NCBI GenBank assembly: GCA_963810495.1
Contig: CAWENP010000001.1
Location: 72,990-136,989, forward strand
DNA length: 64,000 nucleotides
Source: an uncultured delta proteobacterium
GTDB taxonomy: Bacteria > Desulfobacterota > Binatia > Binatales > Binataceae
Direction: 5' to 3'
This document shows positions 28,609 to 38,748 of this stretch, one piece after another; within the stretch, counting starts at the first letter, position 1; each line of letters starts with the position of its first letter. The position numbers and the translations under genes are program-made. The notes under the pieces were generated by a model. The model was not told where the DNA came from. It was given only the letters and a program-made list of their open reading frames with translations, and searched no databases.

Positions 28609-29582
28609 CTAGAACTGCAGCTGCAACTCGCTTAACAGCACGCTTTCATCGGGGCGGTCATGGCCGTTCGCAGCGCCGTAGCGAAAACCGGTATGCGCGT
28701 AGTCGAACTGCATCTTCACGTTGGGATTCAAATACCAGTTGACGCCGAGCGTCCATTCGAAAGCCTCGAGCGCCGAGGTCGACGAACTGGCAAACCCGTA
28801 GTTGTAGACATCACGATCGATCAGCAGCTGGTCGATTCGCGCCGCCAACTCCCAGGCGCCGTCTTGTAAGTGCTGTCGATGGTCGTCGACCACTCGTCAC
28901 CATAGGTGCCAGCGATGCCGAAGCCGAGCTGGCGGACGTACTCCAGCGAGGTGTCGGCGAAGGGATGGACGAAGATACGGCCGGCGAAGTCCTTGCCGTC
29001 GTTGTTGTCGCTATCGGCAGTGGCGGTATTGTCCGGCGTGCCGTTGAAGAGCCCCAACGCGTAGTCGACCCGCTGGCAAACAGATTGCCGTGAAGGTCAA
29101 AGCCCAGGTCCCGGTCGGGCACGAGGTCGGACGGCAGTGCGCGCTCGACAAACTTGAGCGCACGGTCCTCTTCCAATCTTTCGAGGCCCACGGGTTCCCT
29201 GAATTTACCCACAAGGAGCTGAAATTCTTGCCAGTAATGAATGTCGGCGTAGGCGTCCTCCAGTGTGGTAGTACCCTGACCGAAATCCATCATGAAGCGA
29301 AAGTCATAGTACTTGGCGACCGTGCCTTAGAAGTACGGGCGCAGACGGCGAATTAGAAATTCACTGCCGCTTGGCTTCGGCTCTGAAAGATAGAAACGCC
29401 CGTCGGCCTGCATATAGCCGCCGATACGTCTCCAGCGCTTCGACTTTCTGCTTTAGCTGACCGATCTCCTTCCGGAGCTCGGCTTGCGACTCTATTTTCG
29501 ATTGCGCCAATACCGTACGTGATCCAAGTAACCCGATCCCGGCCGCCGCTCTGAGCGAGTATTTGGATTTCTGCGTAAGCAT
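28609..29582 (-). pseudogene. phosphate-selective porin O/P family gene broken into at least 3 frames
   Basis: N-terminal signal/coiled coil (29361..29582), middle (28811..29293) and C-terminal ...FDYAHTGFRYGAANGHDRPDESVLLSELQLQF (28609..28893) in different frames. Confidence 0.55.
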
Positions 29583-29766
29583 CTTTCGCGACCGCGGTCG
29601 GTATCGGTGCGGCGCTGAGTCAAACCATCGCCGGAGCCATCGTTCATCATTTCGGCGATCGGGCCGGATTCTTGTTCCTGGCCTCCGTGGCCGCAGCGGC
29701 CCTGCTGATGTTGTGGTTGTTTATGCCTGAAACCCTCAAATGAAAGGCGGCCGTAGATGTTACTGG

Positions 29767-30752
29767 TCAGCGTATAAAAGGATCCCGCGCACGGGCAGCA
29801 CGCTGAATCCCAGGAGCAGCAACGGTTTTCTGCCCCAGGTGCCCGCGGTGCGGCCAGCCCACGCGGCGATTTAGGGTGATCGTGAACTGCGTGGTCACAA
29901 CGCAGGCCGACATGAACATCATCGAACTGCGGCCCCTGCCCTTCGCCAGCATCTCGCCGAGCAGCGGCAGCATCGCCGCGTTGGCGAAGTGAAACAGCAC
30001 CGCGCAGCAGAGAAAGATTACGAGCGGACGATCGCGCAGCAGATACCGGATGCTGGCGCGCCGATCATCGTCGTCCGCGCCGGCGCCTCGCGCGAGTTCG
30101 TAGTCGATCTCGTCGGGCCGGATGAGCGTCAGCGACAGGATCGTCGGAATCGCGAGCAGTGCGACAAAGAAAAGACCGCGCGGTTGGAGATGAAATATCC
30201 GACGAGCCCGATCGTCACGGCGGCGGCCACGTTGCCGGCCGAATTGAAGGTCTGATTTCGGCCCTGGCGGCGATTGAACAGCCTGTGCCCCACCAGGCCG
30301 AGCGAGATCACCGCGATGGCGGGCATGAAGAAGCTGGACATCGCGCCGATGAGCGCCTGGGTCGTCATCACGGTCCAGAACGACGGAAAGAACGCGATTA
30401 GGAGCGCTCCGAGCGCCAACGCGCACACGCCCAACGCGACGAGCGCTCTCTTGGACCTGAGCCGGTCCACCAAACCGCCCGCTGGAGTTTGCGACACGAT
30501 ACCGGCAATTCCGCCGATCATGAGCGCCAGCCCGACGCGCTGTTCGTTCCAACCATAGCCGGCAAGATAGATCGCGAGGAACGGCCCGACGCCTGACTGG
30601 ACGTCGGCAAGCAGAAAATTGAGCCAGTCGAGTCCGCGCAGGCTGCGGGCGGAAGGCCGCCTTTCTTCGTTCAAGCCGGCCCCGGCAAGCGCCTTGTCAC
30701 CCGTCTCCAGCCCGCTCGCGGAAAAACCCGTCTCTCGCTGCGTCATTCGCAA
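29767..30752 (-). pseudogene. MFS transporter split by a frameshift (N-half 30129..30752, C-half 29767..30552); an additional plus-strand MFS C-terminal fragment at ~29583-29752
   Basis: Multiple TM helices with an MFS-like pattern in two overlapping ORFs. Confidence 0.5.
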
Positions 30753-30994
30753 GGATCCTCAAGTCGGCGCAGTTCCAACTTGCCCGCCGATCTTTACAGA
30801 TTAGCGCGGCAGTGGATGATCAAGCATGCGTGGTTGCTTCGTCTTGATGCAACGCACTAAATCGATTCGGCAATCTTGTGCCGACCCGCGATTCAATTCC
30901 TCGAGCGCGCGCCCACTTTGAAACAGGAGCCGCGCCGCCAAGGCCGGCGGCGCGGCTCCACGTATCGCATCGTCATTTCCCGGCAGCGGAATTT

Positions 30995-31399
30995 CTACGC
31001 GGGCTTCGGCAGGTCCTCCAGATGAAAGTCGCCATGCCGGCCAAGATAGATGGTCCGCCAGCGGTTGAGGAATACCACGTAACTCGCGCTGCCGGCTGCG
31101 ATGGCGCGGCGCAGAAACTCCGGGTAGTCGATCTCCCGACGCTGGACCGCCAGCAGCGCCGCCTTCAGGTCGTCCACGGCGAAACGATCGGCGACCCTTC
31201 CTGAGTCGGTCAGCGGCAGCGGTTCGACCTGGGCCTCCCCCGACGCCGTGTAGAAGGTTTTGCAAAGGCGCACCAGGTCCGCTTCGTAGCGTTCGATCCC
31301 GTCAGCGGCCAGCCTTCTGACCTCCTGCGGGAAGCTCGTCCTGCCCGCGAACGAATCCTGAATGCATTCCCTGATCATCGCGACCTTCGACGCATCCAT
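30995..31399 (-). CDS. DUF1398-like protein
   Basis: MIRECIQDSFAGRTSFPQEVRRLAADGIERYEADLVRL...YPEFLRRAIAAG pattern. Confidence 0.4.
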   Translation of the reverse strand: MDASKVAMIRECIQDSFAGRTSFPQEVRRLAADGIERYEADLVRLCKTFYTASGEAQVEPLPLTDSGRVADRFAVDDLKAALLAVQRREIDYPEFLRRAIAAGSASYVVFLNRWRTIYLGRHGDFHLEDLPKPA

Positions 31400-31426
31400 T
31401 TGCGATCCTCCTTGGCGCTGCCGCGT

Positions 31427-31804
31427 CTATTCCTTGCGGCCGCAGTACGCTTCGATCCGGTTGCCGTCAGGATCGGTGACGAAAGCGGCGTAGTAGTTTT
31501 CGCCGTAGTCGGCACGCAGTCCCGGCTTGCCATTGTCGCGGCCACCCGAATGGACGGCGGCCGCATGAAAGGCGTCCACCGCGGCGCGCCGCCCGGCCTC
31601 GAGGCAGATGTGCAGGCCCGCGATGTCGCGCGGCACCTTCCCCCCCGCCGCGAGCAGCCACAATCGCGGCCCGTCGCCACCGCCATAGCCGAGCGCGCTT
31701 GCGTCCTCGCTCAGGCACTTGGCGCCAAGAGGCGCCAGAGCCGCATCGTAGAACCGCCGCGCCTTGGCGATATCACTTACCCCAATCGAAACGTGATGAA
31801 TCAT
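31427..31804 (-). CDS. VOC family protein (glyoxalase/bleomycin-resistance fold)
   Basis: MIHHVSIGVSDIAKARRFYDAALAPLG...HICLEA...AFVTDPDGNRIEA. Confidence 0.7.
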   Translation of the reverse strand: MIHHVSIGVSDIAKARRFYDAALAPLGAKCLSEDASALGYGGGDGPRLWLLAAGGKVPRDIAGLHICLEAGRRAAVDAFHAAAVHSGGRDNGKPGLRADYGENYYAAFVTDPDGNRIEAYCGRKE

Positions 31805-31951
31805 GACCCTGCTCCTTTTTTGTGACCGGAGCGCCGCTCGCTTTCCGGTCTTCTAACTGGTTAGCTGGTTGAAACAAACCAGCATGATGGTTAGATAGAT
31901 CATTGGTAGGTGATTGTCAACCCTCATGGCGGTTAGTATGGTGAAGACCAG

Positions 31952-32593
31952 GTGACGACTCCACGACGCATCGGGCGGGCGGGAGCTTTGGTTTTGGCTC
32001 CCCGCCGCGATCTCTGCCTCGATTTCGCGAACACGCTCGCTTGGCGCGGCAGCGCGCCAAGCGAAAGCCTGCACGGGTTGCCGGATCTCGTGCAGTGGTG
32101 CGCCTCCTCGGGCAGCGTGTTGGCGGGCGCGATCGCGGGTAGCGGGACGAACGGGATTTGGGCCGAGCGCCATCCGGCACAGGCGGCGGCGATTTTTCTC
32201 CGCTCAATCGCGATCCGGGAGACGACCTACCGCATCTTTCATGCGGTCGCGAGCGGCAACGCGCCGGCCGACGGCGATCTGTCGGAGCTTAACCGCGCAT
32301 TGAAGGAAACCCCGGCGCGTAGCGCCGTTCAGCGTATCGGCGCGGGCTTCGGCTGGCGAGTCGAGGGAAACCCGCTCGTGACCGCCTCGGCGCTGCTGGC
32401 CCCGGTGCTATGGTCGGCGGGCGATTTGCTGACCGGGCCGCAACTGGCCCGGGTGCGCGAGTGCGCGAACGGCAAGTGCCTGTGGCTATTCCTGGACGAG
32501 AGCAAGAACGGCACCCGGCGCTGGTGCTCGATGAGCGCGTGCGGAAACCGCGCGAAGGCGCATCGCCACTACGCTCGCCTCAAGGGCGGTTGA
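31952..32593 (+). CDS. ABATE/CGNR zinc-finger domain protein
   Basis: LCLDFANT... and C-terminal RWCSMSACGNRAKAHRHYAR (CGNR zinc finger). Confidence 0.7.
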   Translation: MTTPRRIGRAGALVLAPRRDLCLDFANTLAWRGSAPSESLHGLPDLVQWCASSGSVLAGAIAGSGTNGIWAERHPAQAAAIFLRSIAIRETTYRIFHAVASGNAPADGDLSELNRALKETPARSAVQRIGAGFGWRVEGNPLVTASALLAPVLWSAGDLLTGPQLARVRECANGKCLWLFLDESKNGTRRWCSMSACGNRAKAHRHYARLKGG

Positions 32594-32681
32594 ACCGCCG
32601 ATTCGCCGCGCGACCGGAAGCGCGCAACGTCACGCCATCGAAGAGCCGCAGGCGCCGCGGCGCAGGCGCCACTTTTCACTT

Positions 32682-33233
32682 TTACTTCTCGTCCAGCTTC
32701 TTGATCCAGTCGTCGGTGCCCATCACCTTGCTGAACATCGAGGCCTGCGTGACCAGCACCGAGTTGTGCAGGTCCTTGTCGGCAACCTTGCCCGAGTTGT
32801 TGCCGACGGTCAGCGTGCCGGTTGCGTCGGAGAGAAATTCCACCTTGTAGCCGCGATGGAAGCCGTCGCGCGCAGTACTGTCGCAGCACATCTGCGTCAT
32901 GTACCCGCTCACGGTCAGAGTATCGATCTGGTTCTCGCGCAGCCACTTCTCCAGGTCGGTCCCGGCGAAGCTCGAGGGCAGGTTCTTATCGACCAGCAAA
33001 TCGGCGGGGCGGGCCGCGATGTCCTTGTGCAGGTTCCATTCCTCGGTTCCGGCCTTGAACACTCCGCGATCGCCCTTCGCCTCATGGCGCACCACGACTA
33101 CCGGGACATGGTGCGCGCGCGCCGAATCCATCGCCTTCAGGATGTTGTCGAGCGAGCCGGGCGGATAGCTGACCGGCATTTTGCCGGTGAAATACTCATT
33201 CTGTACGTCGATGACCAGGAGCGCGCGTTTCAT
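32682..33233 (-). CDS. isochorismatase-family cysteine hydrolase
   Basis: [15 protein letters not shown]...VVVVRHE...[20 protein letters not shown]. Confidence 0.75.
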   Translation of the reverse strand: MKRALLVIDVQNEYFTGKMPVSYPPGSLDNILKAMDSARAHHVPVVVVRHEAKGDRGVFKAGTEEWNLHKDIAARPADLLVDKNLPSSFAGTDLEKWLRENQIDTLTVSGYMTQMCCDSTARDGFHRGYKVEFLSDATGTLTVGNNSGKVADKDLHNSVLVTQASMFSKVMGTDDWIKKLDEK

Positions 33234-33287
33234 AGTGTGAATTCCTCTTTCTGTTTCAGATCGCCGGGCCGCGCGACGCGCGAGCGG

Positions 33288-35570
33288 CTACTTCATCACG
33301 CGACGGGCGAAGCCTCTGCGCCGCCGCCGGGTCTTTTCCTCTTCCTTCTCGCGCTTTTCGACGACGTCGATCATTGCGAGCTGGCAGTTGTTCTTCCGAT
33401 CGCCGGGCAGCCGCACGTAGCTGCCATCGGAACGCATCTCCCACGCCGCGTGATTGGGCTTGAGCTGCAGGTCGAACACCGCCCGCAGTTCCTTGCGCAG
33501 CGTCGGGTCCTCGACCGGCGCCACAGCCTCGACCCGGCTCTCCAGGTTGCGTTTCATGCAATCGGCCGAGCCGATGAAATATTCCTCCGCGCCGCCGTTG
33601 CGAAAATAGTAGATGCGCCCGTGCTCGAGGAAGCGCCCGACGACGCTCACCACGCGCACGCTTTCTGAGAGGCCGGGGATTCCCGGGCGCAACCGGCAGG
33701 TGTCGCGTACGATCAGATCGATCTTCACTCCGGCCTGCGCGGCGCGGTAGAGCGCGCGCGTGATGTCGACGTCCTCGAGCGCGTTCATCTTCATCTGGAT
33801 CAGGCCCGGCGAGCCGGATCGCTGGAGTTTGACCTCGCGATCGATCTTCTCGAGCAGGGCCCGCTTGAGCAGGGCCGGCGCCGGCAGAATTTTTCTGAAC
33901 GTGCGGCCGGCGCGATAGCCGGTGGTGAGAAAATTGAACAGCTGCGTAAGGTCGGCTCCGATCGCGTCGTCGTTGGTCAGCAATCCGAAGTCGGCGTACA
34001 GGCGCGCGGTGCCCGCGTGATAGTTGCCGGTGCCGATATGCGCGTAGCGGCGCAGCCCGTTGTAATCCTGGCGCACCACCAGGATCACCTTGCAATGAGT
34101 CTTGAGTCCCACCACGCCGTAGGTGACGTGGATGCCGTATTCCTCGAGCTGCTCGGCGAACTGGATGTTGGCGGCTTCGTCGAAGCGCGCCTTGAGCTCG
34201 ACCACCACGGCAACCTGCTTGCCGTTGCGCGCCGCGTCGCACAGATATCCGATCACTTCCGAATCGCTCGAGGTGCGGTAGAGCGTCATCTTGATCGCCC
34301 GCACCTTGGGGTCCTCGCTGGCCTCGCGCAGAAAGCGTCCGACCGAGGTCGGAAACGATTCGTACGGATGCATCAGCAGAATCGAGCCGGCCTCGCGAAT
34401 CACGTGAAAGATGTTGCGCGAGGGCGCGAGACGCGCGTGGTCGGCCGGATGGTGGGGTGGATCGTGCAGCGCCGGGTTATCGACGGAGGTCAATTCCATA
34501 AGATCGCGCATCGCCAGCATCCCCGCGTCGATCTCGAACACGTCGTCGTGCTCGTCCAGGCCAAGCTCGGCCGCGAGCATCCCGCGATGCGCGGGATTCA
34601 TGCCGCGCACGGCCTCCATCCGGACGATCGGCGCGAAGCGACGGTCGCGCAGCTCGGACTCGATTAGCGCCAGCAGATCGTCGGCCTCGTCCTCGTCGCG
34701 CTCCGTGTTGGCGTTGCGGGTGACGCGGAAAAATTCGTAGCCGTCGATCTTCGCCTCGGGAAAGAGCAGGTCGAGGGTGTGCGCGACCACGTCCTCGAGT
34801 GGGACGAAGCGCCGGGTGCCGTCGACCCGCAGAAAGCGCGGGATGCCGAGCCCGACCGGCACCTTGACCCGCGCCAGCGACGGCTCGGTGTCGTCGGGGG
34901 CGCGCAACGTGACCAGCAGATTCAGCGAGAGGTTGGAGATGAACGGGAACGGATGCGCCGGGTCCATCGCCTGCGGCGTCATCAGGGGAAAAATGTTGCG
35001 CAGATAGTACTCGCGGATGGCGGCCTGCTCGGCCGGGCTGAGCTGGTCGAAGGCGAGTATGTGGATGTCGGCTTCGGCAAGCCGCTTGAGCAGATCGGGC
35101 AGCAGCGCGCGCTGCTCCGCCTCGAAGGCACGCACCTCGGCCAGGCACTCCGCGATCTGCTGCTGCGGCGTGCGCCCATCGTCGGTCAGCTCCTGCATCC
35201 CGGCGATCGCCTGCTGCTTGAGGCCGCCGATCCGCTTCATGAAAAATTCGTCGAGGTTCGACGCGGTGATGGCCAGGAACTTCACCCGCTCGAGCAGCGG
35301 ATTGCCCTCGTCGAGCGCCTCGGCAAAAACGCGCCGGTTGAACGCGAGCCAGGTGAGTTCGCGATTGAGGAACAGTTCGGGCGCTTTGAGATCGGCGTCG
35401 ATGCGGACCGCTGCCGCCGCACCGCCATTGACGCCGTGGGCCTCCGTGAGAGGCCCGTCACCGTTGGCTACCTCGACGCCGGCCGCCGGAACGACGGCCG
35501 CCTCGCGCGCCATCGACGGTTCGAGTGAGAGCGACTGGAGCGGCTGAAAGGGCTCTGTTTGACTCGCCAT
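33288..35570 (-). CDS. ppk: polyphosphate kinase 1 (start probably downstream of the first listed Met)
   Basis: FLNRELTWLAFNRRVFAEA...KFLAITASNLDEFFMKR...; two PLD-like HxK regions; 760-aa intact ORF. Confidence 0.9.
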   Translation of the reverse strand: MASQTEPFQPLQSLSLEPSMAREAAVVPAAGVEVANGDGPLTEAHGVNGGAAAAVRIDADLKAPELFLNRELTWLAFNRRVFAEALDEGNPLLERVKFLAITASNLDEFFMKRIGGLKQQAIAGMQELTDDGRTPQQQIAECLAEVRAFEAEQRALLPDLLKRLAEADIHILAFDQLSPAEQAAIREYYLRNIFPLMTPQAMDPAHPFPFISNLSLNLLVTLRAPDDTEPSLARVKVPVGLGIPRFLRVDGTRRFVPLEDVVAHTLDLLFPEAKIDGYEFFRVTRNANTERDEDEADDLLALIESELRDRRFAPIVRMEAVRGMNPAHRGMLAAELGLDEHDDVFEIDAGMLAMRDLMELTSVDNPALHDPPHHPADHARLAPSRNIFHVIREAGSILLMHPYESFPTSVGRFLREASEDPKVRAIKMTLYRTSSDSEVIGYLCDAARNGKQVAVVVELKARFDEAANIQFAEQLEEYGIHVTYGVVGLKTHCKVILVVRQDYNGLRRYAHIGTGNYHAGTARLYADFGLLTNDDAIGADLTQLFNFLTTGYRAGRTFRKILPAPALLKRALLEKIDREVKLQRSGSPGLIQMKMNALEDVDITRALYRAAQAGVKIDLIVRDTCRLRPGIPGLSESVRVVSVVGRFLEHGRIYYFRNGGAEEYFIGSADCMKRNLESRVEAVAPVEDPTLRKELRAVFDLQLKPNHAAWEMRSDGSYVRLPGDRKNNCQLAMIDVVEKREKEEEKTRRRRRGFARRVMK

Positions 35571-35790
35571 AGGTGCAGTCTACGTCAATTCGACCCCGCT
35601 TCGGAATGAGGGTAGCCCGGACCCGCTGGAGGCTGCAATCGGGGAGTGTTACGGCCGGTTTACGGTTGTTAGACCCAAGTTTGCCCCGCCCACACGGCTG
35701 TTTTCGCGAACCGGGCGGTTATTTTGCGCCCGGCGTTGGACCTCCCGGCCCGGTCGCACTAGAGATGTTCCGGGGAACGAGGTCATCGCC

Positions 35791-37146
35791 ATGGCTTTTC
35801 TGTCATTCACGCTTCGCGTGCTCTTGACGCTCGCACTCGCGAGCGCACTCCGCATCGCGATTTCCGATAGCGCGGCCGCCGCCGCGGAGAGCGCTCCCGC
35901 GCCCGCGGTCACGATACCCGCGGGCACCGTCATAACCGCGGCGAACTGGCAGCGGTACTCGAGCTTCATGCCCGTCGGGATGCAGGCGATCTTCGCCGGC
36001 GATCATTTCTGGCGGATGCCGCCCGACGTGCAGATCGAGATCGGGCCCACCATCCCGATCGCATTGCCTCGTCGATATCTCGATGACACCGCCAATTACG
36101 CGAAGCAAGTGACGCTCACGCACGCAGCGGACGGCGGCTACGTCCCGGCCGGGTACGTAGCCGGTATTCCATTCCCGCAGCCGGACAAGGATCCGGTGCT
36201 GGCGCCCTACGAAATTTTCTACGACGCCTACTATCACTACGCGCCACGGGTGCAACGGAATTTTTCCTGCAACTACATCTCCGATTCCTACGGAAACTTC
36301 ACCCAGTCCGAGACCGCCGACTCGATCTATTCGCAACTCACGCATCTGAGCGACGCCGGTTTTCCGCAGACCGTGCCGGATTCGAGCGGATACTTCCTGA
36401 CCAAATACTACCAGCAAATCACGCCCGAGCAGGGAAAATATAGTACCACCCTCGACATCAGCTATGCCGACGTGACGCGGCTCGATGATATCTACATATA
36501 CCTTCCCTCGACTCGCAGGCCGCTTCGCATGTCGGAGGCGTCACGCTGCGCGCCGCTTCCGGGCGGCGACTTCACCTTCGAGGAATCCAACAACGGACCG
36601 CCCTCGTTGCCGCAGAAATACAAAATCGTCAACGGCGGCGTGCGGCGAATGATGGTCCTTGCGCACGCCGATCCGAAATCGTTCGAAAGCTGCGGCTCCG
36701 CGACGGGCCTTCTATCCGACTACTTTTACCCGAGCGACAAGGGCGTATTGCCGTGGCCGCGGCCGGCGCTGGGCAAGTGGGAAATGCGCGAAGTGTATGT
36801 GATCGAGATGCGCCGGCTGCCGGCCTACGCTAGTGGCTATTGCTACAGCCGACGAGTGATCTACGTGGACAAGGAGACACTCTTTCCACTGGCTATCGAC
36901 CTGTACGATTCGGCCGGCGCCTTGTACAAGTTCTGGGTGGGGTTTGAAACTCCGCTGCGCGTGCCCAACACCGGGACGGCCCTCGGCGTGAACGGCGCCA
37001 CCGATTTGCTGATCGTAAATTTCAAGGACAAGCACATGACCGCAGCGACCGCGGCGAGTCCGTGCTTCAACACCGACTGTAACGCGCAGTACCTTGATGC
37101 GAGCCGCTACGCGAGCCCCGAAGGGCTGAGCAAGATCGCGCAGTGA
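35791..37146 (+). CDS. secreted DUF1329-like protein (paralog 1)
   Basis: Signal peptide; similar size and organisation to the downstream DUF1329 protein. Confidence 0.45.
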   Translation: MAFLSFTLRVLLTLALASALRIAISDSAAAAAESAPAPAVTIPAGTVITAANWQRYSSFMPVGMQAIFAGDHFWRMPPDVQIEIGPTIPIALPRRYLDDTANYAKQVTLTHAADGGYVPAGYVAGIPFPQPDKDPVLAPYEIFYDAYYHYAPRVQRNFSCNYISDSYGNFTQSETADSIYSQLTHLSDAGFPQTVPDSSGYFLTKYYQQITPEQGKYSTTLDISYADVTRLDDIYIYLPSTRRPLRMSEASRCAPLPGGDFTFEESNNGPPSLPQKYKIVNGGVRRMMVLAHADPKSFESCGSATGLLSDYFYPSDKGVLPWPRPALGKWEMREVYVIEMRRLPAYASGYCYSRRVIYVDKETLFPLAIDLYDSAGALYKFWVGFETPLRVPNTGTALGVNGATDLLIVNFKDKHMTAATAASPCFNTDCNAQYLDASRYASPEGLSKIAQ

Positions 37147-37235
37147 GGTTCCGCGCCGGTTGCGCGCGGAGACGGGGCTATTGCAAGATGGCCTGATGGC
37201 AACCTGGGCCCGGTGCCAATCTGAGGAGAAAACGA

Positions 37236-38699
37236 GTGAGACAGAGTTTCAGAAACCGCAGATGGGAGCGAGTGATCGTGCTCCCGTCGATGTTCGCCGC
37301 AGTCATCGCAGTTATCGCGGCAGTGGTCGCACTCGGCGCCTCTCGCGCCGCGGCGCAGAACGTCAAGACCTACACGCGGGCGAACGTCGACCAATGGATG
37401 AGCAAGTACGCCGACGCCAAACCCGACTTCAAGCCGGGAGACGTCCTAGGCAGCAAGGACCTCGAGCGGATTCGCCCGTTCGTGCCGCCCGGATGGTTCG
37501 ATCAGCTCAACTTCCCGGAATTCAAGATGGAGATCATGGCGGCGCGCAGCCACATGCCGCGCAAGGACTTTCAGGAATGCACCGAGAAATACCAGGCGCA
37601 GGTCAAGCTCAACCCTGACGGCTCACTGGCCAACTACGTTTGCGGGCAGCCGTTTCCTAACGCCTCGCTCAGCACTTCGGATGCGCTCTCGGGAATCAAA
37701 GCAGCCTGGAATTTCGATTATCGATGGCAGAACTACGGCGAGTTCTCGCTTAACTATCTTTTCATCGTCTCCCAGTTCGGCGGCAATCACGACGGCGACG
37801 CGCCCAAATTGATCGAGTCGCCGCCCTCGAACTGGGTCGGGGGTGTCGAGTATCATAGCAAGCTGCCCACGGATGCGAGCAAGTTTTTCGGCGGCGGCGG
37901 GAGCTTCGCCCGCACCTTGAGCAGTTTCTACCGGCGGGTTTATTTCAGCCATCTCGCCCAGCGCGCGGACCAGAAGGGATTGCTGGGCACGCCCGACTCG
38001 GGGCAATTCCTGTGGAAGGAATTCACCGGCTTCTTTTCGCCCTACGACGTGCGCGGGCAGGTGTTCATCACCTACCGCTATGCCGATCCTCATCGCGCCG
38101 ACGACGCCTGGGCCTACGATCCGCAGTCGCGCCGCGTCCGGCGCGTCTCGGTCGAGGTCAAATCCGACTCGGTCGAAGGCACCGACACCACGCAGGAAGA
38201 TTTCTACACTTTCTCGGGCCGCGAGCTGCACTGGCACTGGAAGTTCCTCGGCTGGAAGGACGTGCTGGCAGTTCTCGACTCGCGCGACGATTACGCTCAC
38301 CTGTTTGGCCCCAACGGCGAAATTCCCAACGACCGCTGGTCGTTGCGGCGCTTCGCGGTGGTCGAACGTACTCCTGTCGAGGCTCATCATCCCTACAGCA
38401 ATGTGGTGATGTTCTGGGACGCCGAGAACTGGCATCCGTGGATGGCGCTCGCGTTCAACCGCGACGGCAAACTATGGAAGCTGTGGGAACTCCAATGCCG
38501 CTGGACCGAGGACTTCCACAGTTTCGCCGAGATCAATCATGGCGTGGAGTCGACCATGTTGATCGGAGAGGATGTCGTCGATCTGCAAAACGACCGCGCC
38601 ACGATATTCGCAGGGTTCGGCAGTGGCTATCCCGACGCGGTACCGGCCAACGTCACCCAACTCTACGACATCAGCAAATTGGAGGAGATGCATCGCTGA
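37236..38699 (+). CDS. secreted DUF1329 family protein (paralog 2)
   Basis: Signal peptide; AYDPQSRRVRRVSVEVKSDSVEGTD and NWVGGVEYH blocks reminiscent of DUF1329. Confidence 0.55.
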   Translation: MRQSFRNRRWERVIVLPSMFAAVIAVIAAVVALGASRAAAQNVKTYTRANVDQWMSKYADAKPDFKPGDVLGSKDLERIRPFVPPGWFDQLNFPEFKMEIMAARSHMPRKDFQECTEKYQAQVKLNPDGSLANYVCGQPFPNASLSTSDALSGIKAAWNFDYRWQNYGEFSLNYLFIVSQFGGNHDGDAPKLIESPPSNWVGGVEYHSKLPTDASKFFGGGGSFARTLSSFYRRVYFSHLAQRADQKGLLGTPDSGQFLWKEFTGFFSPYDVRGQVFITYRYADPHRADDAWAYDPQSRRVRRVSVEVKSDSVEGTDTTQEDFYTFSGRELHWHWKFLGWKDVLAVLDSRDDYAHLFGPNGEIPNDRWSLRRFAVVERTPVEAHHPYSNVVMFWDAENWHPWMALAFNRDGKLWKLWELQCRWTEDFHSFAEINHGVESTMLIGEDVVDLQNDRATIFAGFGSGYPDAVPANVTQLYDISKLEEMHR

Positions 38700-38748
38700 C
38701 GCGGCACGCCCCATCGGCGTATGCTGCTGCCCCGGCGGCGGGCGCGTC

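Noticed and set aside
34017-35547. Several plus-strand ORFs (216, 249, 176 aa)
   Set aside because: All lie inside and antisense to the intact PPK1 gene.
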